DNA of 38,344 nucleotides from a virus, in the IMG/VR virus record IMGVR_UViG_3300027985_000213; one strand, 5' to 3'. Of the stretch, positions 25,469 to 33,220 are shown in pieces (position 1 is the first letter of the stretch; the number at the start of each line of letters is the position of its first letter). The translations under genes and the position numbers were made by a program. Under the pieces are notes generated by a model. It was not told the origin of the DNA. It saw nothing but the letters and a program-made list of their open reading frames with translations, and searched no databases.

Positions 25469-25737
25469 TATTCCGCCTCGCTTTCTATGCGTTCCTCGTT
25501 AATCCTCTGTCCGCATTCGCTGCAGTATAAGCCGTATTCCTCTTCACTACCGCATATCGGGCATTCTCCATCTTTAAACATGCCTTTAGGCTGTATTGGT
25601 ATCGCTAATTTGTCTAGCGCCTCTAAGGTTATTTCCGCCGCTCTTGCCCTGCGTTCGTCGTGCTGCTTTGAATAAAAATCATAGTCTTTTTTAGCGAAAT
25701 CAACCGCTATTTGATACGACGATCTGCCATCATTCAT
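25468..25737 (-). CDS. Small zinc-ribbon-like protein
   Basis: 89 aa from the ATG at 25737 (SD AGGTGG). Contains CPICG....YCSECG. Confidence 0.5.
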   Translation of the reverse strand: MNDGRSSYQIAVDFAKKDYDFYSKQHDERRARAAEITLEALDKLAIPIQPKGMFKDGECPICGSEEEYGLYCSECGQRINEERIESEAE

Positions 25738-25990
25738 TTTTAGCCACCTGCCCTTTAACGAACAACTCATTTACAACCGCCATGATCTCCGCCGCTTTCT
25801 TAGTGCCTATGCCTTTTATTTCTGAAATCGCTACGGCTATGTCCGACGGTCTTACCCTCTTGGTTTCCGCTGCGTCTTTTCCATCTTTGAAACCTTCATT
25901 GTACAGGTTTACCATGAAATTTTCCATTTGCTTATGATCCATTCTTTTAACGCCCTTGTACTGCTCTCTCGTAATCATGTTTTTAGCCAT
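25730..25990 (-). CDS. Hypothetical protein with helix-hairpin-helix-like motif
   Basis: 86 aa. IKGIGTKKAAEIM resembles an HhH motif. SD is GGAGGG. Confidence 0.45.
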   Translation of the reverse strand: MAKNMITREQYKGVKRMDHKQMENFMVNLYNEGFKDGKDAAETKRVRPSDIAVAISEIKGIGTKKAAEIMAVVNELFVKGQVAKNE

Positions 25991-25994
25991 TTCT

Positions 25995-26273
25995 CTATTC
26001 CCTCCACTCTTTTAATTGCATATTGTCCATTAGGCTTAAAAACTCCACCTCTTCGGTCTTGCCTTCCGCCTCTACGCATGTATTTAATAGGCTAACCCCT
26101 ATATTTTTTAGCATTACGTTTCTAGCGTCCTGCGGTATCTCTGAATTGAATTTAATTTCTATTGCCTTTGTGCCTTCCTCTTCATCTGCAGTAATATAAA
26201 CCGCCTCTATTTTGTCTTTCGCCTTTAGATTTCCTGTGAAATACTCTGTTAGTTCCGCTATTATTTCTCTCAT
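25995..26273 (-). CDS. Hypothetical protein
   Basis: 92-aa ORF with SD CAGGAGG. Confidence 0.5.
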   Translation of the reverse strand: MREIIAELTEYFTGNLKAKDKIEAVYITADEEEGTKAIEIKFNSEIPQDARNVMLKNIGVSLLNTCVEAEGKTEEVEFLSLMDNMQLKEWRE

Positions 26274-26274
26274 T

Positions 26275-26469
26275 CTACGCCTCCTGTAAATCTTCGTACT
26301 CTAATTCCAATGATGCTTTAAAGCACTCTATGCACGCCTCTAAATGCTTTCCGTCGCCATATATGCACTGATTATCTTCTGCGCATTCTCTTTTAACGTC
26401 TTTAAATCCGTAATCTCTTGGGCATGCCTCTTGTGCCATTACTTTTATTAACTTCTCAATGCCTTTCAT
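26275..26469 (-). CDS. Hypothetical Cys-rich acidic protein
   Basis: 64-aa ORF tightly packed between its neighbours, with a weak SD. Confidence 0.4.
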   Translation of the reverse strand: MKGIEKLIKVMAQEACPRDYGFKDVKRECAEDNQCIYGDGKHLEACIECFKASLELEYEDLQEA

Positions 26470-26472
26470 CGC

Positions 26473-26985
26473 TTAAAATACCTTCATCGTTGTAGTTGTC
26501 TTTTCTTCGCAACCTTTTGCCTGCATTGTTACTTTGTATTCTCCGCCCTTTATTTTCTCAACCGTTATTTCGTCGTTTTTAAACCCTGTAACGCTCGTTA
26601 TTTTCTTTTTGATGTAACTCTCTACAACTCTGTTCATTTTGCCTTCGTGCTCCTTTCTGTGCGGAATATCGGCAATGATTATTTTGTTCTTAGCTTCGCC
26701 TGCCTCTATCTCCGCTGCCATGCCTTCCGAAACTCCGTAGCGAATGCCTATAATCATTGTTTCGCATGTTTGTAGTATAACGTGCCCTGCCTCTAATCCT
26801 TGCTTGCGCTCGCTTGGTATTTCATCGTTTAACACTTGCGTTAGGTATAGGTGCGGCGTTATTGGTGTGAAACCCATTTCTAAAGCCTTCTTTGTCAATT
26901 CCCTTGCGTATTGTATGTTCTTTCTAATCTGCCATGCGTTACCTCTATATGGGCTGCATATGTACGCTAATTTTCTTTCGCTCAT
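26473..26985 (-). CDS. DUF4406 / nucleoside 2-deoxyribosyltransferase-like protein
   Basis: The N-terminus (YICSPYRG....N...A......L..G..PI.PH) and later S.GM..E motif are typical of this phage-associated family. SD is AAAGGAG. Confidence 0.55.
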   Translation of the reverse strand: MSERKLAYICSPYRGNAWQIRKNIQYARELTKKALEMGFTPITPHLYLTQVLNDEIPSERKQGLEAGHVILQTCETMIIGIRYGVSEGMAAEIEAGEAKNKIIIADIPHRKEHEGKMNRVVESYIKKKITSVTGFKNDEITVEKIKGGEYKVTMQAKGCEEKTTTTMKVF

Positions 26986-27003
26986 GCTACTGCTCCTTTC
27001 TTT

Positions 27004-27027
27004 GGCGGCAGGTGTTGCCCTACCGCC
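27004..27027 (-). other. Conserved intergenic hairpin, copy 2
   Basis: Minus strand GGCGGUAGG-GCAACA-CCUGCCGCC forms a 9-bp stem (one G:U pair). It is near-identical to the hairpin at 17520-17541. Confidence 0.6.
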
Positions 27028-27034
27028 CTCTAAA

Positions 27035-27235
27035 TTATTGAAGCGCCACCGTTGGCATGTCCTCTAGTTGTTCTATGCAGTCGCCTACGTCTACAATCTC
27101 ATGTAATACGCAATTTACTACGTACGTTCTTTCTATTGGCATCGGGTAGGCTCTAAAACCTATGTTTTTCTCTAAGCAATATTTTTCAAACTCTGCCTCT
27201 TTGCCCTGTTTGGTTTTAACCTTGAATTTCTCCAT
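27035..27235 (-). CDS. Hypothetical protein
   Basis: 66 aa. Its ATG overlaps the parB-like stop codon (TAATG). Confidence 0.45.
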   Translation of the reverse strand: MEKFKVKTKQGKEAEFEKYCLEKNIGFRAYPMPIERTYVVNCVLHEIVDVGDCIEQLEDMPTVALQ

Positions 27236-28596
27236 TACCTGCCTGCCCTTTCCCTGCATTTCATCATAATATCTTGCAGTACGTAAATCTCGTTCTCCGT
27301 CAAGTAATTACTAATCGGTTCGAGGTCTTTAACGGTTCTTTTCGCCCAATATTTCAAATCGCTATCTATGGTCGTTATCTCGATCACTTTTGTATAGATC
27401 ATAACGTCTATTAGTTCTGCCAATTCCTCATAAAGAATAATTGCGCTTTGATCCGCCGCCTGCCGCTTCACCTGCAAACCTTGTTCGATTAGTATTAAGT
27501 CGCATTTTTCTGTTTCTGTGGTTTGTACGGTGTAGGTTGTTACCGTCCCCATGTACTCCGCTATAAACTCCGGTTTGTTTCCGGCACTCTTCCAACCTTC
27601 CCAAAACTCCGAACCGAATAGATCCGAATTTATAACCGCTCCCATGAAGTAATTTACCGTCATGCCGTTGTATTCTTTGTTCTTGTTGATCTTGCCGTTT
27701 ACGATAAGGCTTTTCTTGTCTGTCGTGTCCGGTGTTGGCTGATTGAATGTTACTTTTACCTCTTCTGCTTGTTCTTTAGGCTTTGGTTGCTCTTGCTGCT
27801 CTTGCTTTTTCTCTGCTGCCTCTTCCTGCAGATCCTCCGGTAAACAGTCCGGAAAATCTATAATATCCATTTGCCCCTCTGCCTGCTCATTCTCAACCTT
27901 TACCGCTTTAGCGTCTTTCGCTGTCAATGATCCGGTTTCTTTGTAGGTGTTGAATAATTCTATTTGCGCCTCTTTGTCTAAGCCTGCTATTTCGTTTGCT
28001 GCGTTGGTGCTTATTCTTCCTGCTGCAAATTCTTCTTTGAATTGCTCTATTAGGTTGCGGTCTATGTTCTCTAATGTGCCTACTTTCGTTTTGCTAGTGC
28101 CTAAGATCTCCGCTATTATGTTTTGCTTTCTGCCGGTTAATTCGTTGTTCTTTTGGTACTCTGTTAGTAACTCTTTAACCCTCTTGATCTCCTGCATTTT
28201 CTCGTAGTCTGTGCGGCTCCGCTGCGTTGAGTTTGTGAATATTAAAATTAATTCGTTTCTTATGCCGTCTGTTGCCTGCTCGACTTTGCAAGGTATCATT
28301 TCGTAGTCTGTTTTGCCCTCTTCAACTAGCTTTAGAACCGCTAGCCTTCTTTTGTGTCCTGCTATAACTTCGTATTCGTCTGTGCCCTCTAAAGGCTTTA
28401 CTACCGGATATTGTTGTATGCCTACTAATTCGATTGTGCGTGCGGTTTCCTCTACCTCTTTGTCGTCTATATGATAAAAGTTTTCTTTGCCTGCTGCCGG
28501 TCTTAATTTGTGTACGCTGATCCGGATCGGTTTCCAATCGCTCTTTATTTCTTTTTTGCTCTCTTCATTGAGAAACTTATTAATGCTGAATGCCAT
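27235..28596 (-). CDS. parB: ParB-like N-terminal-domain protein
   Basis: 453 aa. VVKPLEGTDEYEVIAGHKRRLA matches the ParB/Srx GxxRxxA box. Followed by an HTH-like region, a Gln/Glu/Pro-rich linker and an unknown C-terminal domain. Confidence 0.7.
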   Translation of the reverse strand: MAFSINKFLNEESKKEIKSDWKPIRISVHKLRPAAGKENFYHIDDKEVEETARTIELVGIQQYPVVKPLEGTDEYEVIAGHKRRLAVLKLVEEGKTDYEMIPCKVEQATDGIRNELILIFTNSTQRSRTDYEKMQEIKRVKELLTEYQKNNELTGRKQNIIAEILGTSKTKVGTLENIDRNLIEQFKEEFAAGRISTNAANEIAGLDKEAQIELFNTYKETGSLTAKDAKAVKVENEQAEGQMDIIDFPDCLPEDLQEEAAEKKQEQQEQPKPKEQAEEVKVTFNQPTPDTTDKKSLIVNGKINKNKEYNGMTVNYFMGAVINSDLFGSEFWEGWKSAGNKPEFIAEYMGTVTTYTVQTTETEKCDLILIEQGLQVKRQAADQSAIILYEELAELIDVMIYTKVIEITTIDSDLKYWAKRTVKDLEPISNYLTENEIYVLQDIMMKCRERAGR

Positions 28597-28597
28597 T

Positions 28598-29410
28598 TTA
28601 AACCTCCGTTTCTGTACCTAAATCGGGTACTTCGTCTAGTATTTTAGCGGTTTTCTGCAGGTATTCTAAAACGAATTTCTTGTAGTCCTGCGCCGCTCCG
28701 CATCTTACCGAATACTCAACAACTGGCATCTTTGCAAATGTGCTTTCGCTTACCTTCTTTTCTGTCCTTCTAATGTGCTGCCCAAATACCGGAACGCCGG
28801 ATTGTCTTAGCACGTCTATGCCCTGCGTGTTGACCTCGTTGTTTTGATACTGCGTTATGAGGCAACCTAAGAAATTTAGATCCTCGTTGAAATCTTCTTT
28901 TATCTGCCCTATCTGATCCTTTAGAATGTCTAAGCCATCAAACGAGTATTGATCTATCAAAACCGGTACTATAACGTCGTGTGACATTACAAGGGCGTTT
29001 ATAATGCTCATGTTGATGTCGGGCGCATTGTCTATAATGCAATAATCGTACTCTCCTGCAGCTGATAGCGCCTTTTTAAACCTCGTTTGTTGCTGCCTGC
29101 CTGTATCTACTATCGTTCTTAAATTCGCCTCTAATAGATCCATGTTTGCAGTTATAATGTCGATGTTCTTGTAGCCTGTGCTCTTGATGATCTCCGAAAC
29201 CTCTAAATTGCGTTCTAGCATTACCCTCGCTATTGTGTCTTTGTCCTCTGTGTCGTATCTGTTGAATGCCTTAGAGGTATTCCCCTGTTTGTCGTTGTCG
29301 ATTACTAAAACTCTTTTGCCATGTACTGCCGCCAATGTGTACGCCATATTAACGGTTGTTGTCGTCTTTGCTACTCCGCCTTTAAGGCTAATGATTGAAA
29401 TTACTTGCAT
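28598..29410 (-). CDS. parA: ParA/Soj-family ATPase
   Basis: 270 aa with the deviant Walker A SLKGGVAKTTT and a Walker B-like CIIDNAP. Located directly upstream of the parB-like gene. Confidence 0.85.
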   Translation of the reverse strand: MQVISIISLKGGVAKTTTTVNMAYTLAAVHGKRVLVIDNDKQGNTSKAFNRYDTEDKDTIARVMLERNLEVSEIIKSTGYKNIDIITANMDLLEANLRTIVDTGRQQQTRFKKALSAAGEYDYCIIDNAPDINMSIINALVMSHDVIVPVLIDQYSFDGLDILKDQIGQIKEDFNEDLNFLGCLITQYQNNEVNTQGIDVLRQSGVPVFGQHIRRTEKKVSESTFAKMPVVEYSVRCGAAQDYKKFVLEYLQKTAKILDEVPDLGTETEV

Positions 29411-29452
29411 TTGCGTGCCCTCCTTGTTTTAAATTATTGGTTGTGTCCCGCT

Positions 29453-29878
29453 TCAAAACGGTATATCGTCGTCGTTCTCTATCCCTTCCGGCGGATATGA
29501 GAAATCGTCGTAATATTGATCCTGTGTTTCCTGTCCTGCCGCTTCGTTGCTGCTTGCCTTTTTGCTCTCTGCAAATTCTTGATCCTCAGCTATAAATTCC
29601 GTTACGTATACTGTCTTGCCCTCGTTGTTGTTGTATTTTCTTGTTTGGCATCTAGCGGTAATAATCATTTTGATGCCCTTCTTTAAGTATTTTTCCGCAA
29701 ACTCTGCAGCGCCGGCGTATGCTACAAAATTAATAAAATCCGCTGTTTGCTCGCTTTCCCTCTTGCGCCTTCTGTCTACCGCTAATGTGTAGTGCGCTAC
29801 CGCTACCGGCTGCGCTCCTGCTGTGTATCTTATTTCCGGATCCCTTGTTAACCTTCCGGCAAAATGACATTTATTCAT
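29453..29878 (-). CDS. ssb: Single-stranded DNA-binding protein
   Basis: OB-fold N-terminus (GRLTRDPEIRYT), a disordered tail and the acidic tip DDDIPF. Confidence 0.9.
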   Translation of the reverse strand: MNKCHFAGRLTRDPEIRYTAGAQPVAVAHYTLAVDRRRKRESEQTADFINFVAYAGAAEFAEKYLKKGIKMIITARCQTRKYNNNEGKTVYVTEFIAEDQEFAESKKASSNEAAGQETQDQYYDDFSYPPEGIENDDDIPF

Positions 29879-29888
29879 GCTTTCCCTC

Positions 29889-30158
29889 CTATGCTCTGTA
29901 CGTTTCTATGATTAGTTGTTCATCTATGCAGCTGTCTACGCATTCTAGCGCTATTTCTGCCGGTACTCCTGCAGCTAATACGGTTTTGAGTTTGCTTAGT
30001 TGATATAAATAGCCGTCGAATGAATATGCGTGTTTTTCTGCTGCGTATCGTTCCGCCGCTGCCTGTGCTGTTTTGTGATCCGTTATGATCGCTATGCTTT
30101 GCAATATCGTTTGTTCTTCATTTCTGCGCTCTAATATCGCTTTTACTGCCTGTATCAA
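29889..30158 (-). CDS. Hypothetical protein
   Basis: 89-aa ORF with a TTG start 7 nt after GGGGG. Confidence 0.45.
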   Translation of the reverse strand: MIQAVKAILERRNEEQTILQSIAIITDHKTAQAAAERYAAEKHAYSFDGYLYQLSKLKTVLAAGVPAEIALECVDSCIDEQLIIETYRA

Positions 30159-30170
30159 TTCTTTTCCCCC

Positions 30171-30461
30171 TTATAGGTACGATTTGCCGTATCGCTTTCT
30201 AAACTCTTCTCTAGTGCCTATTTTGCTTTCATAGATAGCCTGTCCTAGCATTTTCGATAGCTTTTCAGCCATCGGGTTTTCGTGTATGCGCTCGTTTATC
30301 TGCCCCATGTTATGGCACTTGTTGCAGCTTGGCACCTTTAAACCGTCTTTATCTGCTAACTGCCTTGTGCCGCTCCCGAATAATAAATGATGCTCACACT
30401 CTGCAAGCGCTCCGCAAAAGAAACATATATCTTTATACTCTGTTACTATGCCTTTTTTCAT
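30171..30461 (-). CDS. Small HNH/Ref-like (DUF968-like) zinc-finger protein
   Basis: 96 aa containing CFFCG....EHHLLFG......ADKD...VPSCNKCHN. Confidence 0.5.
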   Translation of the reverse strand: MKKGIVTEYKDICFFCGALAECEHHLLFGSGTRQLADKDGLKVPSCNKCHNMGQINERIHENPMAEKLSKMLGQAIYESKIGTREEFRKRYGKSYL

Positions 30462-30679
30462 TGTTCACCTTCCTGCATTTCCTTTTTAGGCTCATTCACC
30501 CTTGACGGCTCCGCAATCGTTACACTGTGTGCTTTCATATCCTCTAACTCAACTTGTACACGTAAGCCGCCTTTTTCGTTTTTCCTGTAAATTAATGCGC
30601 TTATTCTCTTGTATTGAATGCCGTTGTATTCTACCGGCTTTTCAGAAAATAAAGCCTCTTTCAATTGATCGTTTGTCAT
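30458..30679 (-). CDS. Hypothetical protein
   Basis: 73-aa ORF with SD GAGGGGG. Confidence 0.5.
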   Translation of the reverse strand: MTNDQLKEALFSEKPVEYNGIQYKRISALIYRKNEKGGLRVQVELEDMKAHSVTIAEPSRVNEPKKEMQEGEQ

Positions 30680-30688
30680 TGCGCCCCC

Positions 30689-31597
30689 TCACCCTCGTTT
30701 TGGATCGTATTCCTCGAACCTTTCTGTTGATCTAAAGATCAATTTGTTGTTAACCCATCTTTGGATTAGTCTCGTTTCTCTAGGCGCTTTGCTTTTGTCG
30801 AAAATCATTATATACGGATCGTAGTCGAGTTCTTTTAGTTTGTAGATCCTTTCTAAGTCTTGCTCATGCGTTGTATTGAAATTAGTTAGGACGTACACCG
30901 TCAATTTTCTTCGATCGTATTTTAGAAGCGCCCTTACTTCCTTTAGCTTTTCATATGTCTTAAACTCGTAATTGTCCCATGCAAAATGCAGCCTCTTGAT
31001 TTTCATATTGTTAAGTTGCTCGCAATCCTTATCGGTTAATAGCCTTGCGTCAAGTCCTTGCGTAAAATCAATGTACGCTCTTGTTTGTATAAGCTGATCG
31101 AACAATTCTTCTTTTTCTTTTGCTGCTGTTATGTTTGGATCGAGTAAAACAATTTCCTTTTGATCTTTCCAAAACTCCCTAACGTCTGCAACTTTAACCG
31201 ATTTTTCTCCTTGTGACTCTGATACGTCGCAAAACTTGCATTTTCTAGGGCAACCCCTAGTTAAAAATCCATATGCCTTATTTTCAATTCCGTATATGCT
31301 GTAATCGGGGTATTGATGTTCTATTTCGTATGGCAGCTTGTCTATTTGTGAGTATTCTTTAATTGTCATTCCTTCCGGTCTATATCCTCTTCCGCCTTTT
31401 TTTATTTCGTCCGCCCTAATGCAGTATTGGTAATCCTGTGTGAAATCGAATATTTTCGACATAAAAACTTTGTCGTACTCATAGAAACCATAAAACCAAT
31501 CAACTTCGTGCCCTTTGCTTTTGTGCCATGCTGATATTTTCATCATTGCTAAATTAGGGAACCTGTGACCGTCTACGTCAATCAATCCAACTTTCAA
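30689..31597 (-). CDS. Radical SAM protein with N-terminal B12-binding-like (Rossmann) region
   Basis: 302 aa with the CxxxCxxC cluster motif in TRGCPRKCKFCD. The N-terminus (KVGLIDVDG..FPNLAMMKISAWHKSKGHEV) resembles class-B radical SAM N-domains. TTG start after GAGGTGAAGGG. Confidence 0.65.
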   Translation of the reverse strand: MKVGLIDVDGHRFPNLAMMKISAWHKSKGHEVDWFYGFYEYDKVFMSKIFDFTQDYQYCIRADEIKKGGRGYRPEGMTIKEYSQIDKLPYEIEHQYPDYSIYGIENKAYGFLTRGCPRKCKFCDVSESQGEKSVKVADVREFWKDQKEIVLLDPNITAAKEKEELFDQLIQTRAYIDFTQGLDARLLTDKDCEQLNNMKIKRLHFAWDNYEFKTYEKLKEVRALLKYDRRKLTVYVLTNFNTTHEQDLERIYKLKELDYDPYIMIFDKSKAPRETRLIQRWVNNKLIFRSTERFEEYDPKRG

Positions 31598-31601
31598 CCC
31601 T

Positions 31602-31775
31602 TCACCTCATTTCTATTACCTCTTCAACATTAAACCCTATATCTGCATCGAAACCTAGCAGATCGCCTATAGCGCCTCTAATGTGTCCCTCTAAATCATC
31701 TTTGAATTTCTCTTCTAAATCCTCTTCAAGGACTGTTACTATAAACTTTCGTTCTGTGTATTTTTCATTCTCCAT
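31602..31775 (-). CDS. Small highly acidic ORF (57 aa)
   Basis: Own translation: MENEKYTERKFIVTVLEEDLEEKFKDDLEGHIRGAIGDLLGFDADIGFNVEEVIEMR. It overlaps the dcm stop by 11 nt. Too short for the ORF track. Confidence 0.4.
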   Translation of the reverse strand: MENEKYTERKFIVTVLEEDLEEKFKDDLEGHIRGAIGDLLGFDADIGFNVEEVIEMR

Positions 31776-32712
31776 AATCCGCTCCTTGTGTTTGATTTAA
31801 TATTATTTTCCTAAACATGCTCTCGAATATTGGCACCGCTATGCTGTTTCCTGCCTGTTTGTAAAGTGGCATCGTATATCTTCCGTTTCTTTCGTGTGCC
31901 TCTGATGCTCTGTTAAAATCTTCGTCCGTATACCCCTGCAGCCTCCAACATTCACGCTCTGTTAAGTACCTGTATTTTCCGTTGCCTAAATCAATCACTT
32001 GCGCCGGTGTCCTGTCTTGTCGTGTCGTTATTGTGTATGCGTAATCCTTTATAACTGTTGCTCTTTTGATGCCCTTCTTTCCTATTGCGCTTAATACGCT
32101 TGGTTGTGTTACGTTATACACTTCCGGCACGTCGTTTTCTAAGAAATCTTCAATGCTTTTCATTTGTGTTTTTATAAGATCGTCAAATTCGAACGGCTCT
32201 CCACCTAATACCGAAACTGTAAAAACTCGTTCTCTCGCTTGCGGTAATCCGAAATCTCTTGCGTCTAGTGTTTCGAAACTGTTTGAATATCCTAGCTTTT
32301 GCATTTCCGATAGATACCGATTGAAATTGTGGATCATGTGTTTTGATAGAACGTTTTTTACATTTTCCCAAATTACATATCTTGGTTTCCATTCTCCCAT
32401 TTGCTTAACTATGTTTATCGTTTCCCACATTAGGCTCGATCTCGTTTCCGTTCCTTCGTCCGCTCCCTTTTGCTGTCCTGCTATGCTGAAATCTTGACAA
32501 GGTGAACCATGTATTAAAATATCCGGTTTTAAATTCCACCCTATAACCGACTGTGTTTTATGCTCTAATTCATTTCTGAACATCGCATTGTATGACCTTA
32601 CCGCTTTAGCGTCTATTTCTACGTAGTCAATGGCTTTGACCGGTATTCCTATATTTCTAAGTGCGCATCGAGGCGAACCCACGCCCCCGAACAACTCCAA
32701 TATTTTAATCAT
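31765..32712 (-). CDS. dcm: DNA (cytosine-5)-methyltransferase
   Basis: Motifs I (LFGGVGS), IV (GSPCQDFS), VI (ENVKNV), VIII (QARERVF) and X (GNSIAVP) are all present in order. Confidence 0.9.
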   Translation of the reverse strand: MIKILELFGGVGSPRCALRNIGIPVKAIDYVEIDAKAVRSYNAMFRNELEHKTQSVIGWNLKPDILIHGSPCQDFSIAGQQKGADEGTETRSSLMWETINIVKQMGEWKPRYVIWENVKNVLSKHMIHNFNRYLSEMQKLGYSNSFETLDARDFGLPQARERVFTVSVLGGEPFEFDDLIKTQMKSIEDFLENDVPEVYNVTQPSVLSAIGKKGIKRATVIKDYAYTITTRQDRTPAQVIDLGNGKYRYLTERECWRLQGYTDEDFNRASEAHERNGRYTMPLYKQAGNSIAVPIFESMFRKIILNQTQGADYGE

Positions 32713-33148
32713 TTAATCGACTCCTTAATATCTTTTCTAACTCTCCGTCGTACCGGTCGTTGTATTTTTCAAACTCTATTTTGTGGATCTCTGATAGTGC
32801 ATAGAATAATTGCCATTCTTTCAGATTTGCCGGCGGTTTGTTGTTCGCCCTCTTCCAATCGTCCTGCTGCCATTTCTTAACCCACCCTTGCCGGTGCGCA
32901 TTGTCTATATATTCGCAATCAATATAAATAATTGCCTCGCATGGTTTTATCAGTGATCTAAGCGCCGTTATGCAAATTCTTAATGCAAGTGCGTTCTTTG
33001 TGTCCTCTTCAATTTCAACCTTTACGGTTTTAACGTGTCTGCTGCCGGTTTTATCTATGTACTCAATAACCGCTACTGCCTCTCCTGCTCCTCTTGGATT
33101 GCCTCTAAATTGACTTTTGATATAGATACTTACTTTCAAGTTATCCAC
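32705..33148 (-). CDS. RNase HI-like protein, probably catalytically degenerate
   Basis: Aligns by eye to E. coli RnhA (GNP.G.G; IDCEY vs TDSQY; GWVKKWQQDDWKRANNKPPANLKEWQ vs [25 protein letters not shown]). Residues at D10 and E48 are K and A. The start is ambiguous (GTG 33148 or TTG 33139). Confidence 0.55.
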   Translation of the reverse strand: MDNLKVSIYIKSQFRGNPRGAGEAVAVIEYIDKTGSRHVKTVKVEIEEDTKNALALRICITALRSLIKPCEAIIYIDCEYIDNAHRQGWVKKWQQDDWKRANNKPPANLKEWQLFYALSEIHKIEFEKYNDRYDGELEKILRSRLND

Positions 33149-33220
33149 CGCCTTACTATCCTTTTCGCCGTCTAGTAAATACTAGATGCCGCCGTCTTTT
33201 TGTTTTGAATTATCCACAAC

